DNA of 53,576 nt from Actinomycetes bacterium (GCA_021784785.1 JAJYHJ010000033.1:1-53576), one strand, 5' to 3'; positions 1-10,621 are shown, numbered from the stretch's first letter. Notes: generated by a model from the sequence alone, not told the origin. A program made the numbers and translations.

Positions 1-141
1 GTAGGTCTCTGGGGCAAATACTAGATCCTTATTCAAAGGCCTTTGTGGACACAGCCAACAAAGCAGCTGTTGAAAGAGTAAGACATGGACGAGAGTCGTT
101 ACGGGTAGTTAACTCTACAGCGGGACGCCTGTGTTGGTCCA

Positions 142-1212
142 CTAAAGCGGGGGGCGTAGTCCTTCGCTACTAAATGCGGCGTCCAGGGTAGGCTTTATCT
201 GAAGCAGTATGGATCTTTGAATATGATCTTTGATCGCAATACGGAACTGCTCGACAGAAGCCTTTGCATCATGGCGTCCGTCATAGAGAGCTACCGCATA
301 AAATACATGGCCCATCGCATAACTCGGTGATAACGAGATCGAGACCTTGAGTAAGTTCATGCCCTTGCTCTCCAACGCACCATCTTTGCGTAGCGATCCC
401 ACCTGGAAAGAGATCCAGCCCTGATACGCTAAGGCTTGAGGTTGTGTCGGATCTGTCTGCAAGACCTTTGCAAGAATTTGACTAGCAGCGTCATATTGAC
501 CCGCGCCTGCTAGAACCTCTGCATCTAGTACCTGCTGATCCACGGTGGTTGACGAGGGTCCTGAATTTGTCGAGCCGGCGAGCAGCCCATATCCCAAGAT
601 GCCGCCTCCCGCAAGGAGAAACGCTACTGAGCCTAAAAGCAGAAGAGATCTCTTCCCCTGATCCCTTGCAGACTTTACTAACTTTGAAGCCCGTTCACTC
701 AATGATGGTCCCCCAGGGTAAGAACCAGCAACGGCTCCAACATCTGCGACTGAAGCATTGTAAGGGATACTCGTCGAAAGGCTCAACTTTCGCTTCTGAG
801 ACACACTTCCTCGAAGACGAAAGACCTCTAAGATCGCCGCTACCAAGAAAGAAGCCGGTAGGAACCAAAGCAAGAGGTTAATCCCAGACTTTGGTGGCGT
901 CATCAGTATCTCACTTCCGTACGTAGTAACCAACGTGTCCAAAATCTCGGAGTTACTCTCTCCACCAGCGATCGCCTTTCTAATAAAGACCCGCATGGTG
1001 TACGATGTCGCGTCGTTCGAATTATAGATAGAAAGGTCGATACAGGTAGGACACTTAACCTCCTTCTCCAAAGTTATCGCTCTTGACGGGGAGTCTGAGG
1101 TTGTAAGGTTCTTGTAGGTAACAAAACTCAAAGAAACCAACACTACGATACCTGCCAAAATCCAAAACCGCTTCCGCCTTGAAACAGCAGTTGCCTTAGT
1201 CAAAACAGTCAC
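142..1212 (-). CDS. ccmH: Cytochrome c biogenesis CcmH fused to a CcmI-like TPR domain
   Basis: N-terminal TM, VKCPTC redox motif, 'YGSEILMTPPKSGINLLLWFLP' CcmH-like segment, a further TM, then TPR-like helices (AGQYDAASQILAKVLQTDPTQPQALAYQG); last gene of the ccm run. Confidence 0.85.
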   Translation of the reverse strand: MTVLTKATAVSRRKRFWILAGIVVLVSLSFVTYKNLTTSDSPSRAITLEKEVKCPTCIDLSIYNSNDATSYTMRVFIRKAIAGGESNSEILDTLVTTYGSEILMTPPKSGINLLLWFLPASFLVAAILEVFRLRGSVSQKRKLSLSTSIPYNASVADVGAVAGSYPGGPSLSERASKLVKSARDQGKRSLLLLGSVAFLLAGGGILGYGLLAGSTNSGPSSTTVDQQVLDAEVLAGAGQYDAASQILAKVLQTDPTQPQALAYQGWISFQVGSLRKDGALESKGMNLLKVSISLSPSYAMGHVFYAVALYDGRHDAKASVEQFRIAIKDHIQRSILLQIKPTLDAAFSSEGLRPPL

Positions 1213-1214
1213 AT

Positions 1215-1847
1215 CTAGTACCCCTTCGACTTCGCGATCTGAACCAGGACAGAGAGTTGCTTAGCCGTAATAGGACCAATGATTTTGGTCACCACCTTCC
1301 CGTTTGGAGCAACTAGAAAACTCTCAGGAGGCTCCGTGACACCCCAGCGTAAAGCAGTCTGTCCATTTGAGTCCACTACTACGGGCCAGTTAGCACCGTA
1401 AGATGAGAGAAACGATGTCGCCGATGCGCTTTCATCGTCGTAGTCGACTCCCAAAACCTGGACTACGTTAGACTCGCTCTTCGCAAACGACACCAACTGC
1501 GGCATCTCTGTCTTACAGCTACTACACCACGACGCAAAGAAATTGACTAAGACAAATCGGCCTTTGTAGTCTGACAACGATGTAGAGCCACCCGAAAGTA
1601 AAGGTCCACTTAGGACGGGGGCGCTGTGGAACAATAACGGAGATGGGGCGCTTTGGGTCGACGCCGGCTTTCGGGTGGCTAAGAAAGCTGCGAACACGAT
1701 AAATACAACCCCCAAGAGAGTCGCCACAATTCGAATGCGCCTTGACCCACGGGAGATCTCACGAACTGACGTACTTTGGTCATCTGACCCAAGATCTTCA
1801 TCCGCGGAAAAGGGTTCCGAGATCGAACTCACCTCCAACTTAGACAT
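1215..1847 (-). CDS. ccmG: Membrane-anchored thiol-disulfide oxidoreductase (TlpA/CcmG-like)
   Basis: One TM, then 'LVNFFASWCSSC' thioredoxin CxxC and 'WGVTEPPESF' cis-Pro loop; lies between ccmF and ccmH. Confidence 0.85.
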   Translation of the reverse strand: MSKLEVSSISEPFSADEDLGSDDQSTSVREISRGSRRIRIVATLLGVVFIVFAAFLATRKPASTQSAPSPLLFHSAPVLSGPLLSGGSTSLSDYKGRFVLVNFFASWCSSCKTEMPQLVSFAKSESNVVQVLGVDYDDESASATSFLSSYGANWPVVVDSNGQTALRWGVTEPPESFLVAPNGKVVTKIIGPITAKQLSVLVQIAKSKGY

Positions 1848-1849
1848 AT

Positions 1850-3880
1850 CTAACTCGGCGACGGTTGACTAAGCAGACTCTCATCTTGCCCTACTAACAC
1901 AACTTCGTCGGAAATGTCGCCTTTCCCTAGGCCATTCTTCCGTACCTTTTTGAGCCTTCGCTCTGACCAGCCAAATGCTGCAAGTGCAGCACCAAGTCCC
2001 ATAGTTGCCGCTCCCACCCACAGCCAAGAGATCAAGGGTTGGATGATGATCCCTATGGTAATGCGAGGGTGCCGAAGTGCAAGGTTAGGTGCGTTATTAA
2101 TCGTCAGATAAATATCGCGAGAAAACTGAACATCGACAGACGGGGATCCAACGGCTTCTGTATATGTACCAAACTGACTTATAGCTGGGTGAAACGGTCC
2201 CACCCCATTTATCAGGACGTTTGCTTCAAAACTACTCTTCGCTGGAGTCACAACATTTTGAACTCCTAGGTACGTTACTCGCGCACCAAAGAACTCGGCA
2301 CTTTGACCCCTAATCAATCGCACCTCTCCTTTGTGGCCAAAAGTCGTCGCCGATACAAGAGCAAACGCAATTAATGCCACCCCAATATGTACGACCATTC
2401 CTCCATTTCGCTTTGACAACAACCCTCTGACAATACCTTTTTGTCTTCCTATAGTTACAGTAGATCTGTAGATCTGATATGCCGCGGACACAAGTGCAAA
2501 TGTTGCCAATGAGAAAGTGGCGAGAACGTCTAAGTGATACTCACCCGAGATTACCGATAGTGCTAGAACCGTAATAGCCGCAGCAGCGGGAACACGCACC
2601 CTGTCACCAATCTCTGAAAGTGTCGAGGATCTCCACGGAACCACCGGAGAGATAGCCATGAAAAACAACAACAACAGTCCTATCGGTGCTGCAAATGAAT
2701 CGTAGTAAGGGGTACCAACCGTTACTGGTTCGGGTGAAACTATCTGCACAATCAGAGGAAACGTTGTACCCAAAAGTACTACAAACGCGAGCCCCGAGAA
2801 AAGCAGGTTGTTTACAAGCAAGGCAGTCTCTCTGTTAAGGGACGTTCTGACCCTTCGCCCTGAGCGCATCTTATCCGCTCTAAAACCTACGAGTCCTACT
2901 GAAAATACAAGTACCGCACCAAAAAATACGATCAAAATGTCCCCGAGGTTGGAGTCAGAAAAGGCGTGAACCGACTCAAGCACACCCGATCGGGTAAAGT
3001 AGGTTCCAAGTATCGTAAGAGCGAACGCTGCTGAAATCAGAGAGTAGTTCCATACTCGCATCGAGTAACGTTTTTGTTGAGCCACAGAAGAATGTAAAAA
3101 CGCTGTTGCACATATCCACGGTAAGAACGCAGCGTTTTCAACTGGATCCCATGCCCAAAAACCACCCCACCCTAAGACTTGATAGGACCACCAAGCCCCA
3201 AGTGCTATTCCAATCGTCAAAGCCGACCAAGATAGCAGCGTCCAAGATCGAGTCCTCTGTAACCAAAAGCTCTCTTTCTCTCCAGTAATTAAAGACGCCG
3301 ACGCAAAAGCAAAAGGCACCGTCATGCCTACAAAACCTGCGTAGAGCATAGGTGGATGAACTGCTACCAAGGGATAATCCTGAAGTAATGGGTTAGGGCC
3401 CTGCCCATCGGCAGGAATAGCTCCCACGGTATGCACGAACGGATTAGCTGGACCAACCATAAGTGCAACGAAGAATACTAAGACCACTCCGGCGATTACA
3501 AGAGCCCAAGAGGTAGTACGTTCACCTGCATAGCGCCGAGTCACCACAACCATCGCCACTATGAATAGGGAGAGGATTAATGCCCAAAGTAACATTGATC
3601 CTTCTAAGGCCGACCACATACCTGTTATTGAGAATAGGAGAGGTGTCTCTCTCGAGTTATTTTGAACCACATACTCTAGCGAGAAGTTATGAGATATAAG
3701 TGCTTGTTCCATGGCAGCCGTAGACACCGCGAGTCCGCCAGCGGCCACAACTAAAAAGTATCGACCTTGGCGTCTTGCAAACTCCGAGTCTTTATAGATG
3801 CTATAGAGGAGAGCCACGACTCCAAAGGTTGCTGCCACGACCCCGAGAAGAATCCCGGTTCGCCCGACTGCTATGTCCAC
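1850..3880 (-). CDS. ccmF: Heme lyase CcmF
   Basis: WGGFWAWDPVEN WWD motif, HPP, GTYFTRSGVLESVHAF, many TM helices, 676 aa. Confidence 0.97.
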   Translation of the reverse strand: MDIAVGRTGILLGVVAATFGVVALLYSIYKDSEFARRQGRYFLVVAAGGLAVSTAAMEQALISHNFSLEYVVQNNSRETPLLFSITGMWSALEGSMLLWALILSLFIVAMVVVTRRYAGERTTSWALVIAGVVLVFFVALMVGPANPFVHTVGAIPADGQGPNPLLQDYPLVAVHPPMLYAGFVGMTVPFAFASASLITGEKESFWLQRTRSWTLLSWSALTIGIALGAWWSYQVLGWGGFWAWDPVENAAFLPWICATAFLHSSVAQQKRYSMRVWNYSLISAAFALTILGTYFTRSGVLESVHAFSDSNLGDILIVFFGAVLVFSVGLVGFRADKMRSGRRVRTSLNRETALLVNNLLFSGLAFVVLLGTTFPLIVQIVSPEPVTVGTPYYDSFAAPIGLLLLFFMAISPVVPWRSSTLSEIGDRVRVPAAAAITVLALSVISGEYHLDVLATFSLATFALVSAAYQIYRSTVTIGRQKGIVRGLLSKRNGGMVVHIGVALIAFALVSATTFGHKGEVRLIRGQSAEFFGARVTYLGVQNVVTPAKSSFEANVLINGVGPFHPAISQFGTYTEAVGSPSVDVQFSRDIYLTINNAPNLALRHPRITIGIIIQPLISWLWVGAATMGLGAALAAFGWSERRLKKVRKNGLGKGDISDEVVLVGQDESLLSQPSPS

Positions 3881-4410
3881 TAGCTGGTTCCTCCTGCATT
3901 CTTGATCCGACTTGGATGCGCAGCTACATAGTTCGCGGAGTGTTTGACCATGATTTGATCGGAGAGAAAGGTATTGGATGTATTTGACTGGAAGTGACCC
4001 ACTACGACTACTGGAACGGAAGGTTGAAACAGCTGCGGAGGTGCACCTATCTCAACGACTGGAACCACTGTATGATCGAACCTTACAGAAAAGTTTACCC
4101 CCGACGGGGTTGGTTGAACTGTACCGGGAACCACGACTCCTTCCATGCGGAATGTCGAAGTTCCAAGTTGCGCTTTATCAGTGACCGCTTGTTGGGCTGT
4201 GTAGAAGTAGACGAGGGCCGATGACAGGCCCTTATAGAGAATAAAAACTAACGCTGCGATGACTACAAATATCGCAGCAACAGCGGAGCGTTTTATCTTT
4301 CTCTTCTTACCCTTTGTACCAGGTATCTCTTTCCAGTCAGTAACGTTTTCACTCGAAATGTCTAGCACCTCTGACTCAGGTTCCATCACTTGAGTTCCTC
4401 TGCTGTCCAC
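3880..4410 (-). CDS. ccmE: Heme chaperone CcmE (start may be the ATG at 4386)
   Basis: Single TM, 'LVYFYT', 'FRMEGVVVPGTV', 'PPQLF', heme-binding HxxxY as KHSANY. Confidence 0.93.
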   Translation of the reverse strand: MDSRGTQVMEPESEVLDISSENVTDWKEIPGTKGKKRKIKRSAVAAIFVVIAALVFILYKGLSSALVYFYTAQQAVTDKAQLGTSTFRMEGVVVPGTVQPTPSGVNFSVRFDHTVVPVVEIGAPPQLFQPSVPVVVVGHFQSNTSNTFLSDQIMVKHSANYVAAHPSRIKNAGGTS

Positions 4411-4534
4411 CGTCTTCGTTATCCGTTAGGACAACCGCCACGTTTAACTTCTTCGATCTGACAGCGAGCCAAATCGCGTAAGAGCCGAGACCTGTTGCAA
4501 CTGCGATATAACCCGCCTCAACGAAACCATTCAT
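4376..4534 (-). CDS. ccmD: Heme exporter protein CcmD-like, 52 aa (not in ORF track)
   Basis: Hand translation MNGFVEAGYIAVATGLGSYAIWLAVRSKKLNVAVVLTDNEDGGQQRNSSDGT; AGGAGGT SD at 4541-4547; hydrophobic N-half with Y and a basic stretch; sits between ccmC and ccmE. Confidence 0.85.
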   Translation of the reverse strand: MNGFVEAGYIAVATGLGSYAIWLAVRSKKLNVAVVLTDNEDGGQQRNSSDGT

Positions 4535-4557
4535 CTAAAGACCTCCTCTAAAGATTC

Positions 4558-5271
4558 TCAGATTGTACCCACTCGTTCTTTGATCGCTCTTTCTACAGTT
4601 TGGTCCTCAAGTTTGAACTGGGTCCTGGCTATGTCGTATCTTTTAATCACCATCCAGACATAGACCACCGTGAAAGACAAAAATCCCAAAAGTAGCGTCC
4701 AAGCCATCTCGCCATGGATCTTTGGATTTAGGTCCGCGTTGAAAACGGTCGCACTTTGGTGAAGAGTCTTCCACCAAACTACAGATTGATGAACTATCGG
4801 CACATCGATAAAAGCGATGAGTGCAGCAACCGCAGAGCGCTTTGCTCTTTGTTCGCGGTCTTCGCTAACTCGTCTAAGTGCAAGATAGCCGAGGTAAAGT
4901 ACCAACAGTAAGGCAGTCGTTGTCAAGCGAGCATCCCAAGTCCACCAAACACCCCAGGTCGGACGTCCCCATATAGATCCGGTTATTAGAGTAAGCGCTG
5001 TAAACACTACACCTACTTCAGCGGAAGAAGCCGCGAGTAGGTCCCACTTATAGTTTCTGGTCTTTTTCCAAAGGTAAGCTAAGCTTGCGAGCGACGTAAC
5101 ACCGTAAGCTAAGTAAGCTACCCATGCCACAGCTGGATGGACATAGATCAGGCGAACCAAGTTACCCTGGAACACATCTGGAGGAGTAATCCACAGTCCC
5201 ATGATGTAAGTCACGCCAACAGTTACAAGTGCAAAAGCCCCTACCAGTGCTATCCAACTCTTCCTAGCCAT
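4558..5271 (-). CDS. ccmC: Heme exporter CcmC (likely start MARKSW at 5271)
   Basis: WGRPTWGVWWTWDARLT WWD motif with flanking His (YVHPA, TLHQ); ATG 2 nt after the ccmB stop. Confidence 0.95.
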   Translation of the reverse strand: MARKSWIALVGAFALVTVGVTYIMGLWITPPDVFQGNLVRLIYVHPAVAWVAYLAYGVTSLASLAYLWKKTRNYKWDLLAASSAEVGVVFTALTLITGSIWGRPTWGVWWTWDARLTTTALLLVLYLGYLALRRVSEDREQRAKRSAVAALIAFIDVPIVHQSVVWWKTLHQSATVFNADLNPKIHGEMAWTLLLGFLSFTVVYVWMVIKRYDIARTQFKLEDQTVERAIKERVGTI

Positions 5272-5273
5272 AG

Positions 5274-5945
5274 CTACTCCTCTAAAACCGACCCAAAGGT
5301 CAACGTTCCCAAAGACAGGAACGCGGCCGCAAATAGTATGAGAAGACCAACCCATGGATCCCCTAAACCAGCCTTGCCCGCAATCTCATTTTCCCATGCT
5401 TTAGTACCACTTAGCAAAACGGGAGCAACCACAGGGAGGAGGAGCAACGGAAGGATCGTTTCCTTCGCTTTAGAGGCTGACGTCATAGCAGAGAACGTGA
5501 CTCCCACCGCCAATATACCCAAGGTTCCAATCAGTCCAGTGAAGGCGAGGTCGACGAGTTCATGCAGGTGAACGGAGTATAGAAGCACAATTCCAAGCGT
5601 TAAGAATACCTCCAACACTACCATCTCAACCAAAACCGCAAACACTTTGCCGACGTAGATCCCGGCTGGATCAAGTCCATAAAGTATGAGAGCATCCTTA
5701 GCGCCATTTTCAGTTTCTAATGAAAAACTTCTCTGAAGTGCAAGCAAGGAGGAGAACAGAGTGGCTACCCAGTACAGCCCAGGCGCTACCGTCACTAGTA
5801 GTGTCGGGTACTTGCTAAATGCAAAAGCAAAAATAATAAGCACAACAACGACAAAGGGAAGGATCTGGTTGAGTACAACTCGCGACCGCAGCTCGATCCG
5901 AAGATCCTTCAGCGCTATGACTTTGGCCGCTTTGAGCACTTTCAA
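5274..5945 (-). CDS. ccmB: Heme exporter permease CcmB
   Basis: 'KDLRIELRSR', 'RSFSLETENG', 'LPLLLLPVVAPVL', about 6 TM. Confidence 0.93.
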   Translation of the reverse strand: MKVLKAAKVIALKDLRIELRSRVVLNQILPFVVVVLIIFAFAFSKYPTLLVTVAPGLYWVATLFSSLLALQRSFSLETENGAKDALILYGLDPAGIYVGKVFAVLVEMVVLEVFLTLGIVLLYSVHLHELVDLAFTGLIGTLGILAVGVTFSAMTSASKAKETILPLLLLPVVAPVLLSGTKAWENEIAGKAGLGDPWVGLLILFAAAFLSLGTLTFGSVLEE

Positions 5946-5951
5946 TCCGCC

Positions 5952-6602
5952 TTATTCACTAAATACCTGCCCAGAATCCATCCGATATCTTCGATCAGAC
6001 AGGATTAACATTCGCTCAAACTCATGAGACGCCACCACTACTGATTTCCCAAGCTCTTTAAAACGAACTGACGCTATCTCTAACAGTTCTTTCCCATCTT
6101 GGTCCAAAGACGCGTGCGGTTCATCCAATAGTAACAGCTCGCATTCTCTAGAAAACGCTGAAGCCAACGAGACTCGCTTACGCTGTCCAGCAGATAAAGT
6201 ACCAACGAGTTGGCTAAGGAGTGCTCCTGAGATTCCAAACTCCTTCGCGTATGAAAACGCCTTATCTTGGGGAATATCTAGACAGGAGGCAATGAACTTC
6301 AAGTTCTCCGTCACCGTAAGCTCATTATACAGAAGCGAGGCGTGGCCAACGTAGCCCACGTGTCGTCGAACCTCAGATCTAGAGTGTCGTAGATCGATCC
6401 CGAAGACTTTCGCCGCTCCGTCGCGAAAGCCACACACGCCCGCACATAGCTTTAACAGCGTAGTCTTGCCCGATCCATTGGAACCGGCGATTAGAACAAT
6501 CTCGCCTTCATAAACATCAAAGCTGCATCTCGCCAAGGCGGGGAATCCACCCAGAAGCACCGTAACTTCTTCTACCTTTACAACCTGACGTCCATGTTTC
6601 AT
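5952..6602 (-). CDS. ccmA: Heme exporter ATP-binding protein CcmA
   Basis: Walker A GSNGSGKT, LSAGQ signature, Walker B LLLLDE; upstream of ccmB. Confidence 0.92.
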   Translation of the reverse strand: MKHGRQVVKVEEVTVLLGGFPALARCSFDVYEGEIVLIAGSNGSGKTTLLKLCAGVCGFRDGAAKVFGIDLRHSRSEVRRHVGYVGHASLLYNELTVTENLKFIASCLDIPQDKAFSYAKEFGISGALLSQLVGTLSAGQRKRVSLASAFSRECELLLLDEPHASLDQDGKELLEIASVRFKELGKSVVVASHEFERMLILSDRRYRMDSGQVFSE

Positions 6603-6616
6603 CGCAGCATTAGAGA

Positions 6617-7597
6617 TTAGTGTCCGTCAACCTCACGCTTCAGTATTGCGTAATCAGACTTCACCATCATTTCAACTAGATCCTGAAATGGGGTTGAACT
6701 CGCCCAACCAAGTCCACTCTTAGCTTTCTCCGGATCTCCAACAAGTAGGTCAACCTCAGCTGGCCTGAAAAATCGCTCGTCAAGCTTTACATAGCGCTCC
6801 CAGTCAAGGTCCAAAGCCCCAAAAGCTAGGTCACAGAACTCCCTCACTGAGTGCGTTTCACCCGTGGCTATGACGTAGTCGTCAGGGGAGTCTTGTTGTA
6901 GCATCATCCACATTGCTTTTACATAGTCAACTGCATAACCCCAGTCACGCTTTGCATCTAGGTTGCCTAACGCAATATGGTCGTCTAAGCCAAGCTTAAT
7001 TCGAGCAACTCCGTGAGATATTTTTCGAGTTACGAACTCAAGACCTCTCCTTGGGGACTCATGATTAAAGAGGATGCCCGAACAGCCATAAATACCGTAT
7101 GACTCTCTGTAGTTGACAGTAATCCAATGGCCATAAACCTTAGCAACACCATAGGGGCTCCTAGGATAAAACGGCGTCGTTTCGTTTTGAGGTACTTCAC
7201 GCACTTTCCCAAACATCTCAGAGGAGGACGCTTGATAGAAACGAATTTCTGGATCTATCATACGAATTGCGTCTAGCAGTCTCGTAACGCCTAAAGCGGT
7301 TGTCTCTCCAGTAAGTACTGGCTGTCCCCACGACGTCTGCACAAACGATTGGGCTGCCAAATTGTACACCTCTGTTGGGCGATGTTCTTTGAGAATCGAC
7401 ATCATCGACACTTCGTCCAAAAGATCGCCACTGACCAAGTCTATTGAATCTTGGATATGTGATATCCTTTCGAAGCCGACCGTCGAAGATCTTCGCATCA
7501 TTCCGACCACTTCGTAACCCATCGAAAGCAGAAACTCCGCAAGATACGATCCGTCCTGCCCTGTGATTCCTGTTATTAATGCCTTTTTTGGAGACAA
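6617..7597 (-). CDS. gmd: GDP-mannose 4,6-dehydratase
   Basis: [47 protein letters not shown]. Confidence 0.97.
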   Translation of the reverse strand: MSPKKALITGITGQDGSYLAEFLLSMGYEVVGMMRRSSTVGFERISHIQDSIDLVSGDLLDEVSMMSILKEHRPTEVYNLAAQSFVQTSWGQPVLTGETTALGVTRLLDAIRMIDPEIRFYQASSSEMFGKVREVPQNETTPFYPRSPYGVAKVYGHWITVNYRESYGIYGCSGILFNHESPRRGLEFVTRKISHGVARIKLGLDDHIALGNLDAKRDWGYAVDYVKAMWMMLQQDSPDDYVIATGETHSVREFCDLAFGALDLDWERYVKLDERFFRPAEVDLLVGDPEKAKSGLGWASSTPFQDLVEMMVKSDYAILKREVDGH

Positions 7598-7789
7598 CTG
7601 ATGACCCTTCTCTTTTTATAATCGAGGTCATGTTAGCGGTTACCGACAAAAGTCAATACCTAGGAACGCTTTGGACTGTTCATTATATCGAAAGGACCCA
7701 GTCTTACGCACGTATAAATAGACGTTTGCTATGACACTACCCCCAAAAGCCACTAATGTGTATCAAACCTGAACTCTCAGAGGACGAGT

Positions 7790-8467
7790 ATGGAAGATAC
7801 AGTTCAAAGTCCAAACAAGACTACCCGTGATGGTAGAACTAGGTCCGTTCGACTCTGCGCGTCTGAGAGAAGAGAGATGCTAATCGATGCGGCAATTTTA
7901 ACTTTTAGCGAAAAGGGTTACTATGCCACAACGATGGAAGAGGTGGCGGTTGCAGCCGGGGTTACGAAACCCGTCATATATCAACACTTCGACTCGAAAC
8001 GAGATCTCTACGAAGCTATATTAAAAAGAGTAAAGTCCGATCTGGTAGCCGCTCTGAACACCTCCAACACTACCTCAAATAGCAAAAAGGAAAGGTTTGA
8101 AAGTGGTTTTGAAGCATACTTCAAGTTCGTTTACGAAAATCGGCCCGCCTTTGAAATTATGTTCTCCTCTAGTCCACGGAAGGACCCGGGATTCAGAGAA
8201 ATAGTCGATTCGATAGACAGTCACGTTGCGTCTTCAATATCGATGGAGATCGATGCGTCTCTTGACGAAACTCATAGACATTTAATTGCTACAGGTGTTA
8301 TAGCCTTGGCTGAAGGTATCGCCCGCAGATACCTTCGCGAGCACTCTCCAGAGTTAGATGCAAACGGAAATCTCGTCTCATTTAAAGAGTCACTAGCGTT
8401 GCTTTGGGCCAAGCGAATGTCCGCCTTGATCTGGAATGGGCTAGAGTCCTACCAGAGGAAGCTTTGA
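7790..8467 (+). CDS. TetR/AcrR-family regulator
   Basis: HTH 'GYYATTMEEVAVAAGVTKPVIYQHFDSK'; divergent from gmd. Confidence 0.92.
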   Translation: MEDTVQSPNKTTRDGRTRSVRLCASERREMLIDAAILTFSEKGYYATTMEEVAVAAGVTKPVIYQHFDSKRDLYEAILKRVKSDLVAALNTSNTTSNSKKERFESGFEAYFKFVYENRPAFEIMFSSSPRKDPGFREIVDSIDSHVASSISMEIDASLDETHRHLIATGVIALAEGIARRYLREHSPELDANGNLVSFKESLALLWAKRMSALIWNGLESYQRKL

Positions 8468-8485
8468 GGCAGCATTCCTGCAACT

Positions 8486-8866
8486 TCAGTCCAGGTGGCC
8501 ACCTACGTAAACAACGAGTAAAACGCCCACAACGCTGAGTATCAACCCCACAAGAAGCTCGATGAATGGCATACCAAGACTCTCTTGAGAATCTGAATCG
8601 ATCTTACGTCTAATTAAAACAAACCTAACCGTCGACGCCACAACCACCAGCACTCCCACTATCACCATGGAGGCGCCGATCATGTTCGCAAATCCAGTAC
8701 TCGTGCCGACAGGTTTGCTGTGGAGGGATACTCGAATATAGGCAACGAATATGGTAAACTTCTCTATCAGGAAGCCAAAGGCCATCAAAGCAACGGCTGT
8801 ACGAATCCACGCCAGAAAAGTCCTTTCATTTGCCTGATGGTCCGATAACACCTTTATCATGGACAC
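8486..8866 (-). CDS. DUF202/YidH-family membrane protein
   Basis: 'DHQANERTFLAWIRT' signature, 3 TM. Confidence 0.9.
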   Translation of the reverse strand: MSMIKVLSDHQANERTFLAWIRTAVALMAFGFLIEKFTIFVAYIRVSLHSKPVGTSTGFANMIGASMVIVGVLVVVASTVRFVLIRRKIDSDSQESLGMPFIELLVGLILSVVGVLLVVYVGGHLD

Positions 8867-8994
8867 AGCCTAGGAGCACAGCGTCCCCGTCTTTATCTAT
8901 TTGCTACGCATCCCATCTAGGGATTACACAAAAATACCTATAAAACTCGCCAAGACGTAGGTCACGATGTCCCCTCTGGATCATGCGAATCTAA

Positions 8995-9708
8995 CTAGAT
9001 AGAGAAGTCTTCAAGAATCCAAACTCCTTCGTCGTCCATTCGAACATCGTCCTCATGTTCAATATGACCCAGAACCTTTTCTTCGATTTCGTCAACCCTG
9101 CTTCTCAAAGACTTAATAGCTCTTCCTAGCAAATCTGGTTGGGAAGTGTCGATAACTCCTGGTCGGCCACGACTATGGTCATCAACAATTTGCCCAGGGA
9201 CACCTACTACCACTGCATTTGATGGAACAGGGCGCACAACGACAGCGTTTGCTCCAATTCGAGCACCGTCCCCTACAGTAATCGGACCTAAAATCTTGGC
9301 GCCAGCACCTACCGTTACCCCATTACCTAAGGTGGGGTGCCGCTTACCTTTCTCCAGCCCTCGACCTCCCAAGGTCACTCCATGGTAGATAGTAACGTTT
9401 TCACCAACTTCCGCGGTTTCTCCAATTACCACTCCGAGAGCGTGGTCGATAAAAAGTCCAGGCCCCAGTTGCGCACCAGGGTGAATGTCGACGCTAGTCC
9501 AACCGCGAATTACAAACGACAGGCCGCGAGCTAGGAATCTCATATTAGACAACCAAAGTCGATGTGACACTCTGTATCCCCAAACTGCGTGTACACCAGG
9601 GTAAAAAAGTATGACCTCTGGCAGGGAGCGTGCGGCAGGATCGCGGTCTTTCGCAGCATAAAGGTCCTGCCTCATTTCGGCGAGTAACTTAATCACCGAG
9701 TCCCTCAA
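8995..9708 (-). CDS. cysE: Serine O-acetyltransferase
   Basis: [38 protein letters not shown] hexapeptide repeats. Confidence 0.96.
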   Translation of the reverse strand: MRDSVIKLLAEMRQDLYAAKDRDPAARSLPEVILFYPGVHAVWGYRVSHRLWLSNMRFLARGLSFVIRGWTSVDIHPGAQLGPGLFIDHALGVVIGETAEVGENVTIYHGVTLGGRGLEKGKRHPTLGNGVTVGAGAKILGPITVGDGARIGANAVVVRPVPSNAVVVGVPGQIVDDHSRGRPGVIDTSQPDLLGRAIKSLRSRVDEIEEKVLGHIEHEDDVRMDDEGVWILEDFSI

Positions 9709-10621
9709 AAAGTTGTGTACTTAGGTATCGCTCTCCAAAAGACGGAATGATCACTACTATGAGTTTTCCCTCATTCTCAGATCGTTTTGCAACTTCCAAA
9801 GCCGCATAGACGGCCGCCCCAGATGATATGCCAACCAAGATCCCCTCCTCTTTCGCCATTCGGCGTGCGAGTTCGAAGGCCTTTTCCGAGGGAACTTTGA
9901 CGATCTCATCTATAAAGTCCCCATGATAGTTACCAGGGATAAAGCCTGCTCCAATCCCTTGAATAGGATGAGGTCCTTTGGTGCCACCTGAGAGCACCGG
10001 AGAGTCTTCTGGCTCTACTGCTACGGCTTTAAACGACGGTTTCTTCAACTTTATCGTCTCAGCGATGCCCGAGATCGTTCCACCGGTACCTACTCCAGCC
10101 ACTACGTAGTCTACTTGACCATCGGTATCTCGCCAAATCTCTTCAGCCGTTGTCTTTCTGTGAATCTCCGTATTAGCAGGATTCTCAAACTGTTGCGGCA
10201 TAAAGTAACTCGAATCAGACTTTACGAGCTCCTCGGCTCTTTGAATCGCTCCTCCCATACCTTGGGGGCCAGGTGTAAGGACTAACTCTGCGCCGTAGGC
10301 TCGAAGCAACATTCTACGCTCTCGGCTCATTGTCTCAGGCATGGTCAAGATACACCGATACCCCTTGGCGGCACAAACCATCGCAAGTGCTATTCCTGTG
10401 TTGCCGCTGGTTGGCTCCACTATCGTCGTACCTTTACCGATAAGGCCCGCTTTCTCAGCAGCCTCAATCATGGCGACACCTATTCGATCCTTTACGCTAT
10501 GCGCAGGATTGAAGAACTCCAACTTCGCAACTATCTGGGCCACTGATCCCTCTGCAACTCTGTTTATCTTCACCAGCGGTGTATTGCCTATAAGCTCAGT
10601 GACGTCACTCGCAATCTTCAT
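9689..10621 (-). CDS. cysK: Cysteine synthase A (likely start MKIAS at 10621)
   Basis: SVKDRIG PLP lysine, [28 protein letters not shown]; AAAGG SD upstream of the ATG. Confidence 0.97.
   Translation of the reverse strand: MKIASDVTELIGNTPLVKINRVAEGSVAQIVAKLEFFNPAHSVKDRIGVAMIEAAEKAGLIGKGTTIVEPTSGNTGIALAMVCAAKGYRCILTMPETMSRERRMLLRAYGAELVLTPGPQGMGGAIQRAEELVKSDSSYFMPQQFENPANTEIHRKTTAEEIWRDTDGQVDYVVAGVGTGGTISGIAETIKLKKPSFKAVAVEPEDSPVLSGGTKGPHPIQGIGAGFIPGNYHGDFIDEIVKVPSEKAFELARRMAKEEGILVGISSGAAVYAALEVAKRSENEGKLIVVIIPSFGERYLSTQLFEGLGD

Noticed and set aside
1-173. Open plus-strand frame (RSLGQILDPYSKAFVDTANKAAVERVRHG...) entering from the left edge
   Set aside because: Could be the end of a convergent gene, but has no recognisable motif and too little sequence
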